A DNA stretch of 64,000 nt from the human T2T-CHM13v2.0 reference genome, Homo sapiens. The notes under the pieces are model-generated. The model did no database searches. It was not told the origin of the DNA and saw only the letters and a program-made list of their open reading frames with translations. The translations under genes were made by a program, and so were the position numbers. The DNA is taken from NCBI RefSeq assembly GCF_009914755.1, contig NC_060935.1. One strand, 5' to 3'. How positions within the stretch are numbered: position 1 is the stretch's first letter; the number at the start of each line of letters is the position of its first letter. Below are positions 51,601 to 64,000 of the stretch, one piece after another.

Positions 51601-54600
51601 ACATAATATTAGTGTGATCCTAGATTCCCCAACTTCTCCATCATGTCATGTCTCCAAATTAGCCTAAATGCCAATGAATCACTTCTCATTTTATCTACTT
51701 TCAAAAATCCTAAATATATCACTGACTTTTGATGAGAAATATTTCTTGGGGATGTCTGTTACCTTGGCCATTCCACATAGTTTTGTTGCTGGTGGATAAA
51801 GTAGGAGGGACCTTCGGTCTGGTAGAATCACTAGGAGAGGCTGTACCCTCCCAACCAAGTAGCATTAGTTATCGAATCGTGTTTTTGGAAACAAATCATG
51901 GAAGTAAAGGGGGAGACGGATTTCAGGAGAGAGGTAAAACACCCATCCACTTGAATCTTCAACATCATGATAACCCATGGTCAGTCCGTAGCTGGAATAG
52001 CTCCACAACTGCTTTATGGCACATTTGCCTCAGATCCTCATACATTCCTCTTAAAAGCTCCCTGGAATGTTCCATTCTGGCTTTGCTTTTATTGAGTTGC
52101 TGAAAAATGTCCTCGCCCTCCTTTTGCAGCCTCTCCAAGTGACGTTGCTCTTCTTCATGGAAAAATGCAACCATCTTATGATATTCAGCTCTGATTGCTT
52201 CTATCCTTAAACTCACATAATCCTGCAGTGACAATTAGTCAAAATAGAAATGTTTTATCCATCTTCTCTTGAATTTCACTGATTCCTCTTAGCATTCTGA
52301 ACACCCAATATTTTAATCCTCAATCTTGTCAATTCTCAGATTCCACAAAATTTTATTCCTTTCATTTCTGTATTAATATCAACATAGTTGTTTCTGCCCA
52401 GTTATATTTACTTGATTAATGATAAAATGTTTTCTAAGATAGTTGTATAAAAATGGATTTCTCTCTTCCACACCACATTTATAGAAAGAAAACACAGTTT
52501 TTTCTTAAGAATCAAAATATCAAGTTATACTGACTAGGTAAGAAACCATTATTTCTATTTTGGAGAATTGGGGCAAGTTATGTAAAACCATTATATGACA
52601 AATGATGACATGACCACAGACTAGCATTGTCAACTCAATGCATTTCACCCAGCATAAGATATTCTAAAAAGGTTTCATTTATTCTCTTCCAAACTCACCC
52701 TAATCGGCTACATGGACATCTTTGTGGTTCCTCAAACCTCCAAATAAATGCAAATTAAATATTACTGCACATGCTGTTTTCTATAACTAGAATTATTTTC
52801 ATGTATATATACATATTTCTCATATATGTACTCATATATATTTCTCAAATATAGGTATATATGGATATTTGAGGAATATATACATGTATCTGTGTGTACA
52901 TATATATTCCTCATATATATCCATATATATATATATAATATATATACACTGACACCCAGATACACATATATATTCATATATTTATGAGGAAGAGGAAGGC
53001 AAACAGGAGGATATATATATTTGCTCCTGATCAAGGTTTTGCTTCTCTGTGAATTTTTCCATGAGCCTTTTGTCTGACCACCCTATTTAAAACTCAAACC
53101 CTCATCCCCAGTCCCTGGACTCTGTGCTCCTTTTCTAACTTCCTGCTTGATTATTCTCCAAAGACACTACTACACTCTAACACATCATATACGTCACATA
53201 TCTGCACGGTGGCCATTTGCTTTTCTCATTTCAATTGCAAGATTTGTGTTTTCTTTCTTCTTTACTCCTTAATTTTCTAAGTTGATATTTGACCTAGACT
53301 AGGTACTCACAAAATATCTTTCAATGAATATTACAATAAATTAATGAATTAATATTAGATATCATACCCTCAATATAAACATCCACAAAGAGAAAATCAT
53401 TTCTAGAATTCTTCTCAAGTCCTTAGAGTTCTCCTTATATAAAATACTAGTTCCCATATTTCTCACATATTTATGTCTTCATCAAGACACAAGTCTACAT
53501 TTCTCACCACTTTTCCCTTTATATGTGTTATGACTGATTCAATATTAATTAGTTCTGATATTTAATTTCATGCTTTCCCTAAGGTTGCACTCTTGCTCCT
53601 TCTGCCTGAAATGTAGCTCACATTTCAATATACTTGCCCACCAGCATTCAATTTCATGCTGACTCAGCCTTAGAAGAGTCACCTGAAATTTCCATGACTG
53701 ACAAATAACACTTGTGTCCAGAATTTATCCAGGCAGCCCACTGGGAACAGTGTGAAATGGCCCAGTTTCTTGTATTTGTTGGAGTATTGCTATAGGTTTG
53801 TATGGAAACAGATGAGTATGCTTGGGTAACATCTGTGGTCTGATTAGAAATCCTACCAAAGAGTCACACTAACTTATATAAAAAATTAGGGTGTTTTTTT
53901 CTCAAGTGTTTTGTCCTTGTTTGTTGATTTCCAGAAACATTATGGGTTGAGATCAAGTTCCTATTTTAAGAGTCACCCATTTGTTCACCATAAGTTCCTG
54001 GAGAAGGTAGAGTAACACACTACTAACCTTCCAGCATCTGATTCTGTTGGTTGCCATATTCAGGTTTCTGTGATTTTCACACATTTTTCTCCATAAAGAC
54101 TGCATTTTTCTTAGGAGCTCCTCCTGCAAAAGAGCCATGAATTGAAGCACAAGTGAAGACAATAAAGTATCATTCACACTCTGATATACGAAGGACCCAA
54201 AATGAGAGACAAATTAGCCCACAGAAAATAGAGTTTGCTTTGTTTCTCCTCATGTCTGTCAAATCTGAGAGGTGTGAAGTCAAGGAAGCTCATAACAGAC
54301 ATGTTTAAGGGGACACAGAGATGGCATCATCCAATCTCGAAGGAAATAGGCTGACAAGAATTCCATGTGTCCTGTATAGAAATAGATCTTCAGAGGCATC
54401 ACTTACCCGGCGTTCCTCAGCAGCCCACTCAGTGGGACAGTGTCTGTGATTCCGGTGCTCCTGAGAGTTGGAGCACAGCAAACAGAGCAGGCTCTTGTCC
54501 ACTTCACAGAACATCTCCTTTGTCTCTCTGTGCGTCCCACATATTTGCTCCTCAGAGCTAAGGAATTGCCGGAGGCTGGCTTTTCTGGCAATGGAAGCCA

Positions 54601-54817
54601 TGTTCTTCAAACAAATGTTAGTTTTGAGGTTTCTCTGCCGTGTTGTCTTCTTGCATTTAGAGCACTGAGCAAGAACTGCCATGTCTTGCCAGTTGAGGTA
54701 GAAACAGGGCCGGCAAAAGCTGTGCCCACAGTCTATGGTGACTGGGTCTATGAAGTAGTTCATGCAGATGGGACAGATGAGTTCCCTCTGGAAGACTTGC
54801 AAGATTCCAGAATTCAT
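48622..54817 (-). CDS. TRIM51G: TRIM51-family E3 ligase gene, 452-aa spliced ORF (exons 54817-54407, 54123-54028, 52222-51992, 51280-51258, 50306-50209, 49121-48622); donor after the 231-bp exon reads CT
   Basis: Exons 411+96+231+23+98+500 = 1359 nt, open from [18 protein letters not shown] to [14 protein letters not shown]3HC4 and B-box ligands are intact. Every splice site is canonical except 51991-51990. Non-coding exon 1 donor at 56849/56848; ATTAAA at 48468-48463. The symbol is from recall. Confidence 0.8.
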
Positions 54818-55504
54818 GTTTCTGAAGAAGAAAGAGCAGCATGTCATTTTGGGGTCTGGGTTGGTGAAAATCTGTGAACATATCACCATATGTGATAGCT
54901 ATATTTTCCTCTTGACAGTGCTCATTAAAGCGGAACAAACTATTTCCTCTGTAACAAAAATGAAAAATTCATACACAAAGAGAGTCTTAAGGCTTTATAG
55001 CAGACACTACTGACTGGATGACTCACAACCTCTTCTACTCCTAGTTCCTGCCCATAACATAATGCAAATCTGTTCAAAAACCTATTCCCTGGATGTCGAT
55101 ATGAAACTCGGGTTTTAATCTTAAGTGGTCTAGCATAAAACATGCTTGTCCCTATTTCTCTATCAAATAACTACTGAATGACTGTGGGAGAGGTGTAGAA
55201 AACCTACATTGGGTAACAAAACATGAGAAGATGGTCAGAGGGTGCTATGACATATTTTTAGAGAAAGGGACCCAGAAGCCGGCTCTTTAAAACAAAAACA
55301 ACCCCAGAACAAACCAACCGACCAGATAAACAAAAAGACAACAATTAAACCAGTCTAGGCTCACTAGGAGATAAAATAAATAATGAAAAATATTGGGTTT
55401 TTCTTATGGCTTAAATTAACTTCTTCTTTGGGCTACTCAAACTATGAACTGACATATAGTCAGTTTTTTAAAAACTGAAATATATATAATCATATTACTG
55501 TGGT

Positions 55505-56149
55505 ATTACAATTAATTATAGGTGTTGACTTGACTGGATTAAATAATACATGGAGAATTGGTATAGCATTATTTCTGGGTGAGTCTGTGAAGGTATTTGC
55601 AGAGAGACATGTAAGTTGGTGAGCTGAGTGGGGAACAGCAACCCTCAATGTGGGTGGACACTATCCAATCAGCTGGTAGCTCAGACTGAAGATAAAGGGC
55701 AGAGAGAAGGCAGTTTCCTCTTTTTCTCCTGAAGCTGATTCTAACTCAGCCAGGATATTGGTATCTCCAGGACACTAGCTTAATGACAGCCTGTGTTCAA
55801 CTTCTCAGACTCCATAATCAAGGGAACAAATTCTCCTAGTGGACTTCCTCTCCTGTACAGTGTCATGTGTAGAGTGAGGACAGATATATGATCTGAGGGA
55901 CGCATTAGACAGTCTCGTTATTGTTTGAACATCATAGGGTATACTTACACAAACCTAGATGGTATAGCCTACTACACACCTATGGTATACAGTATAGCAT
56001 ATTGTTCCTAGGCTACAAACCTGTATGGTATACGATAGGCAATTGTACCACAGTTGTAAGTATTTTTGGTGTATATATATATATATATATATATATAGTT
56101 ATGTACACATCCTATGGTTCTGTCTCTCTGGAGAACCCTGACCAATACA
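55505..56149 (+). mobile_element. MLT2 LTR with nested Tigger3 fragment and (TA)13, paralog of 16819-17490
   Basis: Reverse-complement match to the left-arm element. Confidence 0.7.
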
Positions 56150-57141
56150 AACTGGAATCTTTCCCTTGGCAGTTTGAAGTCCTTTACCTGACTCTCTTTT
56201 ACTAAACACTGCTGAATTTAAGTACCAAAAGTGAAAATTTAAGAATTGCAAATATTTTTCAGAGGTCATCTGAGCCATTTCAAGGAATTTTTCATAGTTT
56301 CATCTGAGGTAAGCCTCAATTAAAATGACAACTACTATCAAGTATCAAATCATTCCTTATACAGTTATCTGCTAAACAATTGTGTTTTGATTTCTAAGCT
56401 AGGGCATTTTGGAGAGCATTCTTATTTCCTTTAGTATCACCATTTTTAACTCATCATTGCCTCAGTAACTTAAAATCATGTCTAAAAGCTTAATGTTATG
56501 AAAGCACATTTACAGTATTCAATAATTATCCTTTTTTACTTAACTGTACCAATATTAGTACATGCAGTATACATATATAGGTTTTAATGTGAATTCCATA
56601 TATCCATGATGCATACAAATCTATTGCAGCAAACACTAGATATCTAAAATTTTTCAAAAATATATTAAAAACTTTTGGAACACACAAAATGACAACAATT
56701 AATAACCTCATGTCATAAAATGAATAGCAATAATATGAGTTACAAATAAGATCATTAAGTAAGTTTAGACAGTTAGATATTTTTATCACTGTAATTTACT
56801 CTTTTAAAGGAAGAGAGAAATAATTTTCTCCATATAAGTTGCACTCACCCCAAGGTTCTATGAATGTTTCCTGCAGTAATTCTTCCAAGAAAAAATTCTT
56901 TTAAGTATTCCCCAAGATCAGGAGTTCATTCCCTGCACAGTTGACTTTCAAAGGTCACCTGAATGCAGTTAACTCTAAGTGCTGTCCTCCTCTGGAGAAA
57001 TATGAGCTTCTCTCTTCTGCATACTTTTATGTGAATCTTTGAAGACCACACCCACCTCTTTAGTGATATTTAGGGTATTAAGAATGGTGGAGACAGAGAT
57101 GATTAGGTTTATGCAATATTTAGTACACACCTTTTCATCAC

Positions 57142-57152
57142 TGATTAAATTA
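57142..57152 (-). promoter_or_regulatory. DUX4 consensus site in the TRIM51G-like promoter
   Basis: TGATTAAATTA is the reverse complement of TAATTTAATCA. A second near-site TGATTAGGTTT lies at ~57100, with CCACACCC at ~57046 and TTTTATG (TATA-like) at ~57025. Confidence 0.7.
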
Positions 57153-58969
57153 GCCTCACACTATCATTGTAAAAACCACTGCCTGAATGAGGCATATCTA
57201 TCATCAATCTTATTAGAGTAAACATATGCTAGAAATTAACTGAAATTAATACTATTTCTTGGGTTTCTTCCAAGGCACAAGCATTCCTCTAAGTGCACAT
57301 TTATTTATTTATACCAAAGAAAGTTTCACCCTCTGGAGTGCAGTGGCACACTCTTAGCTCCCCGCAGCATTGAATTCCAGAGCTCAAGTAATCCTCCCAC
57401 TTCAGCTTTCAAAGTAAAAAAGACTAGAGGTTTATGCCATTGGACCTAGCTAATTTTTCATTTATTCATCAAAAATATTTTTTAAATTCTTAGTTGATTA
57501 CATGTGTCACAATGACCAGCTGGATTAGAATTAGATTAGGTTTAAAACAATGAAAGAATCTGGGAGAGGGGGCAGAGTGTTGGTTGTTAATTAGCACATG
57601 GATCAAAGGAGATTACTGATGTGTTTAGAAGCCAAAACACTGACAGAATAAAAGCCAGAACTAACAATCCAATTGTAAATCTCTTTACTGTGGTATTTTC
57701 TGCCATTTCTGCTCCATAAGACACACCTTAACCACTTTGTTGTGGTATCTGCAGTATTCTATTTTAGTCTAAATAGCATTTTCTCTCAAATGCATTCAAT
57801 CTCTCTCCTTCATCTTCCCTCCCTTCTTCCTTCCAGCTGTATTTTTTTACTAGAGAACATTAGTAGAATGTTCTCCCAAATTTCAGATTTCAGATATGCA
57901 TCTGTAAAATAATCTTATGGAGACACATTTTAGTTGCTACTGAATACTTGGTTGTTTTCACAAGTTCACAGCATTACTACTGTCCTCCAAAAAACGGTTT
58001 CCCATTTCCACAGCTAATCTCATCATTGACTCTGCCATCTAGGTTTATTCTATGCCACTCTGGAAGAATCTGGAAAAATAAAATACATTTTAAGTATTAA
58101 TCATGCACATGTATTTTATTTTATATATGTTTGGGTGAATATCTTTCTCCACTAATGGTTTGCATTTCAATTCTTGTGTCATGTTTTTTGAAACACAGAA
58201 GTCATCATTAATATAAACCAAATAATTTTTTTAATTGTTAATTTTTGTCCTGGTTAAGAAATCCTTATGAGAATATTTTATCATGTTCCCCTTACCTTCA
58301 GGACTTGAATCTATTTGGAAATGACTGTGTGTGTTTTGAGGTAGGAGTCAATATTTAGTTATTTTTTGAAATTCAATTAATCCAGCATTGTTCTGACCAC
58401 CTTGTGTATTTCAATGTAGAAGAGCACACTAATAATGTGGGATTATTTATATAAGTGGTGAGAATTCCAAAATGAAGCCAGGCATGGAAGGTTAAATAAT
58501 ATTAACTCAAAGGATAGATTAGTAAAATGAAATGTGATGGATAAGTGCAATATAGTTAGGTAAAGAGAAAGAAAAACATTTCCCAATTATCATTAAGACT
58601 TCACTCCAAGCTTTTGCATGAAGCAAAAGATCCCGACTCTCTTCCATTGATTTTAACTCCATTCAGACATGTCTGTCATCTATTATTTCACTCAGTGGCA
58701 GTCAGAAATAAACAAAAAAAAAACAATATATTTTATGCCATGATCATGAATAATGATTTTTCAAAAATTAATAAAGAACCAATACATATACTTTTAGTGT
58801 TTTTACCATTTTTAATAGTAACACAATAAATGAGTTTTAATAACATTAGGAGGCAATTCAAGACATAAAACAGAACCTATTTGTCCTGTTTGATAAGGCA
58901 CAAGGAAGACGGCTTCCTGGAGTAAACGGGTTCTCACAGCAGATGAACATATTTCTGATTTATCTCTGG

Positions 58970-61900
58970 TCAGAGGTGAACACACCGAAAGATAGGCCTG
59001 ACAGGAGGCGAGAAGGAGCAATTAGGGATCGTGTATATAAGGCAGCTTTGATTAACATCAACGAAGCTCACAGTTCTAGCTTCACAATCCAGGAATAATC
59101 CTATGAGGCTGGTAGGTCTTGGGATATATTGCAGTGTAAGTGGGGAGGTGGTAAAGGGACTGCACTGAATGTCATTCTTGACACATCCAAGACTAAAGAG
59201 TCCCTCCTCTCCATATATATTGCCATTCTGATTCTTCCCTTTCCAATTCTTATTACAGACACCAAAAGCCCAATTCCAAGTGTCCCCCACATGGACATCC
59301 CAGTAATATTTGCTGGAGGTGAAAGTCTGAGCACCCCATGCAAGAAAACTTGTAGGTGTTGCAGTGATATGGGGTGGATTTTGACGGTCACATCCAATAC
59401 ACATGCTTCTCAAATCTCCACATCAAAAGATACGACTGTTGGCTCATCATTATTCAGAGTAATATCCACTGCAAAAATAAATAAATAAATAAAAGAGAAA
59501 GAAACAAAACATACATAGACATGTGTCAATAAGCAAAAATTGTTCTATCAAGAAGTTAATTTACCAGGAAAAGTAAAGTCACAAGGACAATTTTGCTTGT
59601 AACTTCTAATAAAGCATAGAGATGATTAATTTTAACTACAAGACAAACAAAACACTAACCACAGGTATTAAAAATGTTTTGAAAACTTATATATTGAGAG
59701 CCAAATGTAAGACCAACTTCTTTCAATCCAATTTTTGAAGCAAAATTTACACATTATATGCCCTAAATACTGTGTTGTTATCAAGATCATTATTTAGAAA
59801 TGTTTCTTATTCTTAAAAACTAGTGCTATCATTTTGGAAAGAATGTGAAGATTTTCAGTTACTCAAGAACTGCTGTTGATGACTGGATAAAAATCCGTAA
59901 GTACATGTCATAAGTGACCATTTAAAGCAGATTTCTGTAAAATCTTTTACCAGTCTCTCTGTGGTCCTCCATGCTAGCTTGGGGCTGAAGCTGGATTTTA
60001 AGCTTAACCTGTAGCTTTTCATATTGCAATTAAACTGAACTTCTCTTTGTTTGTAATTTTACTTGTATTCACAAAATGATTTCTTCTTTTTATGTTTACC
60101 CATTAACTAATTTTTTTTGCAATACATGATACGTATCCATTTAAAAAATTAAAACCCCCCAGCAATCCCCAGTAAACGATAATCCTCAAAAGAACAGTTC
60201 TTAGCTGTTCAAATGAATACACTAAGGAAACGTAAAATTTTGTATTTAACATTAAATAACTCACCTTCATTCTGAGCATTGTTCCATTTGCTCCTTTTTT
60301 AAATTTGCTACCCTACTCCTCTTTCCCATTACATTACTCAGTACATATGAGGCCATAACGTATTTGTTTTTCACTATCTTTCAAACTTAATGCTATAAAT
60401 CTGACTATATAGACACAGATACAAAAGGGTTGCATGATTATGTTGTTCACTTATGTCTATAAAGAAGTAAAATATTTGATAATGGGTGAAATATTACCTA
60501 TGGGATCCTAACAATAACAATATTTAGATAGTGGGAGTGCTGCCTATGGGTGGAGACTTACCTCAGAATTAGATGAGCCTGTCCCTCAGTCCAGTGATGG
60601 GCCCTGCACTGAGCTCTAGATTCAGAGGCTGGGGCATGTGCAACAGCACGGACTCACTCCTGCAAGGAAAAACCTGCAGTTACAACATCTACAGCCATAA
60701 AATAAATAAAAATCACTATTTCTATTTAAAAGACAGCTCATGAGAATCCTCTGAATCCACAAATTTGATTATTCAAAAATTATTACTTCTTTTTTGGAAT
60801 TAATTTCTATTTATAGTTTCCCAATTTTAAAGCATAGTGGGAGAGCCTGAGTCAGAATTCAGTCTGATCTTTCTTTTTTTCTGCCCCAAATGTGTAAGGT
60901 TCCTTAGCCTTATGGCCTTGAGAATATTTGGAAATGAAATTCTGAGTTCCACTTCTTGGCAGACTCCCCTGACATCTTTGTCTGAAATAGCGGGGTTTTG
61001 GGGAGACTGCTGCATCTGCTGCTTCCTTTTCAAGATAAAGAATGTGAAACTTGTTCCAGGCAGCTAGACCTGCCTTTTAGAAACAAGCTTCCCTAGAGAC
61101 TTATACAGTTCTAACACTCCACAGTTTTTTCAACCTATTTTTCAGGACTGTTAACTGATTTGTATATAGGTATGAACAATAAATCATCAACTTTTTGACT
61201 GCTAAAATACTTCCCCCACTTCTCTCCTGCTTCCTCTGGTGACTTTCTCACCATCCACAAAACAAAACTTTATCTTTCACCTATGCAGGCTTTTAAGCAA
61301 TAAAACAAAATCAGGAATAAACATTTTTTTAATTTCACTATTTATTTATCTATTTATTTATTTATTTAGTGTTCTTGTCTTTTCTGGTGTAAGAGTGAAA
61401 GCAGATGCAAAAAAAAAGGTAGTATCAATACCTTACTCATTTATGCCATGACTTTGGTAGAGCCTGCTTTGATATTCGTGGAAACTGAAAGAATGTATGC
61501 TAAAATCTAGGTAAACACTCACCTCTGTAATATGTCTCCAAAACCCTGTAAAAAAAAATAGAAATACTTAGGGCATTTTACAAGATGCATCTTTCACTAA
61601 GTTCAGTGTGAAATTTGGAGTCAGTTTCTGAAGATATTATTTCCCTACCATCTGGAAAGCATTTTCTATTTCTTCTGTAATGAAAAACCCAGTTAGTCAT
61701 TTTGTCATTAATTAATGTCCTGGTAAAGTCTGAGTCTTGAAGACATTCTCTCCAGAAGTGAAGGGAGAAGAGGCCCAGAGAGTCTATGCTCTGTGGTAAC
61801 TTCAAATAACCTACTCAGTCATCTTTCCCAGAACCTATTACCCAAATGAGTGGACCTCAAAATAATATTAATGTGAGCCTAGATTCCCAAAACTTCTGAT

Positions 61901-62477
61901 CTTGCCATGTCCTCAAATTATCCTAAATGTAAATGAATCACTCACTATTTTATACATGTTAAACAACCCAAAATATATTATTGACTTAGATGGGGAATAG
62001 TTATTGGGGCTGTTACCTTGACCATTCCACAGAGTTTTGTGGCTGGTGGATAAAGTAGGAGGGACCTTTGGCCTGGTAGAATCCCTTGGCGGGGCTATAC
62101 TCTCCCAATAAAGTAGCATTAGTTATGCGAATGTGTTTTTGGAAACACATCATGGAAATAAAGGTTGGGAGATGGATTTCAGCCATGAGGAATATACTTA
62201 CACATGTGAATAGTGAAAAACCTGAAACCACATTGTGAGTTTGTACCTGAAGTAGCTCCACATCTGGTTTATGGCACATTTCCTTCAGCTCCTCATACAT
62301 TCCTCTTAAAATCTCCCTCCTATGAGCCATTTTGGCTTTACTTAAATGAAGTTGATGAAAAATATCTTTCCCCTTCTTTTTCAGCATGTGCAAATTATGT
62401 TTTTCTTCTTCATGGTGAAATGCAGCCATCTTCTCATACTCAGCTCTAATTGCTTCTAGCCTTAAATTCACGTAATC
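58970..62477 (-). pseudogene. TRIM53CP: TRIM53/TRIM49D-type pseudogene, 3' exons 62477-62247, 61545-61523, 60659-60562, 59468-58970; 5' exons lie beyond the window
   Basis: DYVNLRLEAIRAEYEKMAAFHHEEEKHNL..., [24 protein letters not shown]..., CDRQNPPHITATPTSFLAWG. Stops TAA 60571-60569 and TGA 60565-60563; 1-bp deletion and TGA early in the last exon. The symbol is from recall. Confidence 0.8.
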
Positions 62478-64000
62478 CTGCAGTGATAATGGGTTAGTCA
62501 AAAGAGAAATGTATTTATTCATCTCCTATTAAATCTCACTGATTCTTTTTGTCTCTTGAATACCCAATAATTTAAACCTCAGTCTTTCTAGTTCCTAGAA
62601 TCCACAAAATTTTGTTCCTTTCCTTTCTTTCTGTATAAAAATCAACATAGCTGTATCTGACCAATTACATTAAATTTATTCAAGATAATGTGTTTTCTAA
62701 GGCAGTTGGAAATAAAAAAAAACACAATTTGAATTTCGCTATTCCAGCCAATATTTATGGAAAAGTAAGAACAGCTCATGCTTAAGAGTTGGAGTATAGA
62801 GCTATAGTTACTAGAATGGAAATAATTATTTCTATTTCTGAGATACGCAAAAGTTGTTTAAACTCATTATATGTGAAATGACCTTAGGCTAGCATGTCCA
62901 GCTAAATTCATTTCACCCAGCAAAACCTATCTTAATGAGGCTGCATTTATGATTTGGCCATCTTTGTCTCTCTGAATTCATTTCCTTCGTTTCTTTTTCT
63001 AAGTTATCCCATTCTGAAACATAGACTTCTTTGTGGTTCCTCCGGCCTCCAAATATACACAAACTCAAAATTACTGCATATGCTGTTCTCTCCAACTAGA
63101 ATTTTATGCACACACACACACACACACACTTATACATATATACACATTCATGTTCCACATATATATATATATATACATATACACATTCGTGTTCCCTCTC
63201 CTCTTCAAAATTTTGTTCAAATTGAATTTTTCAGTGAGTCTTTTTTCTGACCACCCTATTTAAAAATCAGACCTAATCTCCAGTTTCTGGCCTCTATTGT
63301 CCTTTTCTACTTCCCTGCTTGATTATTCTCCAACAAAGAACCTACCACACTCGGACACATCATGTATTGCACATATTTGCATGTTGACCATTTTTTCTGT
63401 CTCATTTGGATTGTACGATTTGTGAGGACAAAGATGCTTTCTTTCTGCTATACTAGCAAATTTTCTAATTTAATATTCAACATAGACTAGGTTCTTATGA
63501 AATACTTTTCAACACACTAATATTAGCTATAATACCCTCAAAGTATACATCCACAAATAGAAAATCATTTTTAATATTTCTCTGAAGTCCTTAGAGTTCT
63601 CCTTATATTTAGCTACTAGTTCCCATATTTTGAGCATGTTTACATGTCTCCCTCAAGACACAAATCAATTTTTCTCACCAATTTTCTCATCATATGTTAT
63701 GTATTATTCAGTATTAATTAGTTGAGATTCTTAATTTCATGGTTGCCCTAGATTTCCCCTGTCACTCTTTCTGCCTCAAATTTTCCATACAATTCCAAAT
63801 ACTACTTGTCCACCAGCATTCAGATTAATGCTGACCCAGGCTCAGAGGTTCACTTGAGCTTTCTATGACTGCCAAATGAATCTTGTGCCAAGCGTTTATC
63901 CAACCAGCACATATAGAATGCTGTGAGATGGCCCAGTTTCTTGTATCTGTTGGTGTATAGCTACAGGTTTGTATGAGAACAAACCAGCATGCTTTGGGTG

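Larger units (their letters stand above)
48068..58033 (-). repeat. Right arm of ~10 kb inverted segmental duplication
   Basis: Reverse complement of 14929-24942 including promoter, MLT2/Tigger3, all exons and introns. Confidence 0.93.

Noticed and set aside
51970-51991. Cryptic GT 17 nt into the intron that might rescue TRIM51G splicing
   Set aside because: Weak context (GG|GTTATC) and a 17-nt extension would shift the frame.
58970-59413. 147-aa SPRY ORF as a stand-alone gene
   Set aside because: It is the remainder of the last exon of a pseudogene, downstream of stops and a frameshift, and begins at TTG.

Overview
Primate, almost certainly human, DNA with no prokaryotic features. From 5' to 3' the window holds: the 3' 2.8 kb of a decayed L1PA (probably L1PA3) inserted in alpha satellite; about 12 kb of divergent alpha satellite mixing CENP-B-box and pJalpha-box monomers; then an abrupt switch at ~14928 into a TRIM49/51/53-family (RING, B-box, coiled coil, PRY/SPRY) cluster. 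Two TRIM51 paralogs form a ~10 kb inverted duplication and point towards each other. The + copy is disabled. The - copy has a complete 452-codon spliced ORF whose only visible lesion is a GT>CT splice donor, and its SPRY segment is strongly enriched in amino-acid changes. The ~23 kb spacer contains a full-length old SVA, a fragmentary TRIM43-like pseudogene, an ANKRD33B last-exon/3'UTR copy, a SATR2/SATR1-type palindromic satellite with a ~1.35 kb higher-order duplication, and an old MT-ND1 NUMT. A TRIM53/TRIM49D-type pseudogene runs off the right end. From recall the layout matches human 11p11 (TRIM51CP, TRIM51G, TRIM53CP); this was not verified by search. I found no convincing wholly new biological system. 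The best leads are the TRIM51G-like gene, the conversion tract between the inverted arms and the satellite substructure.
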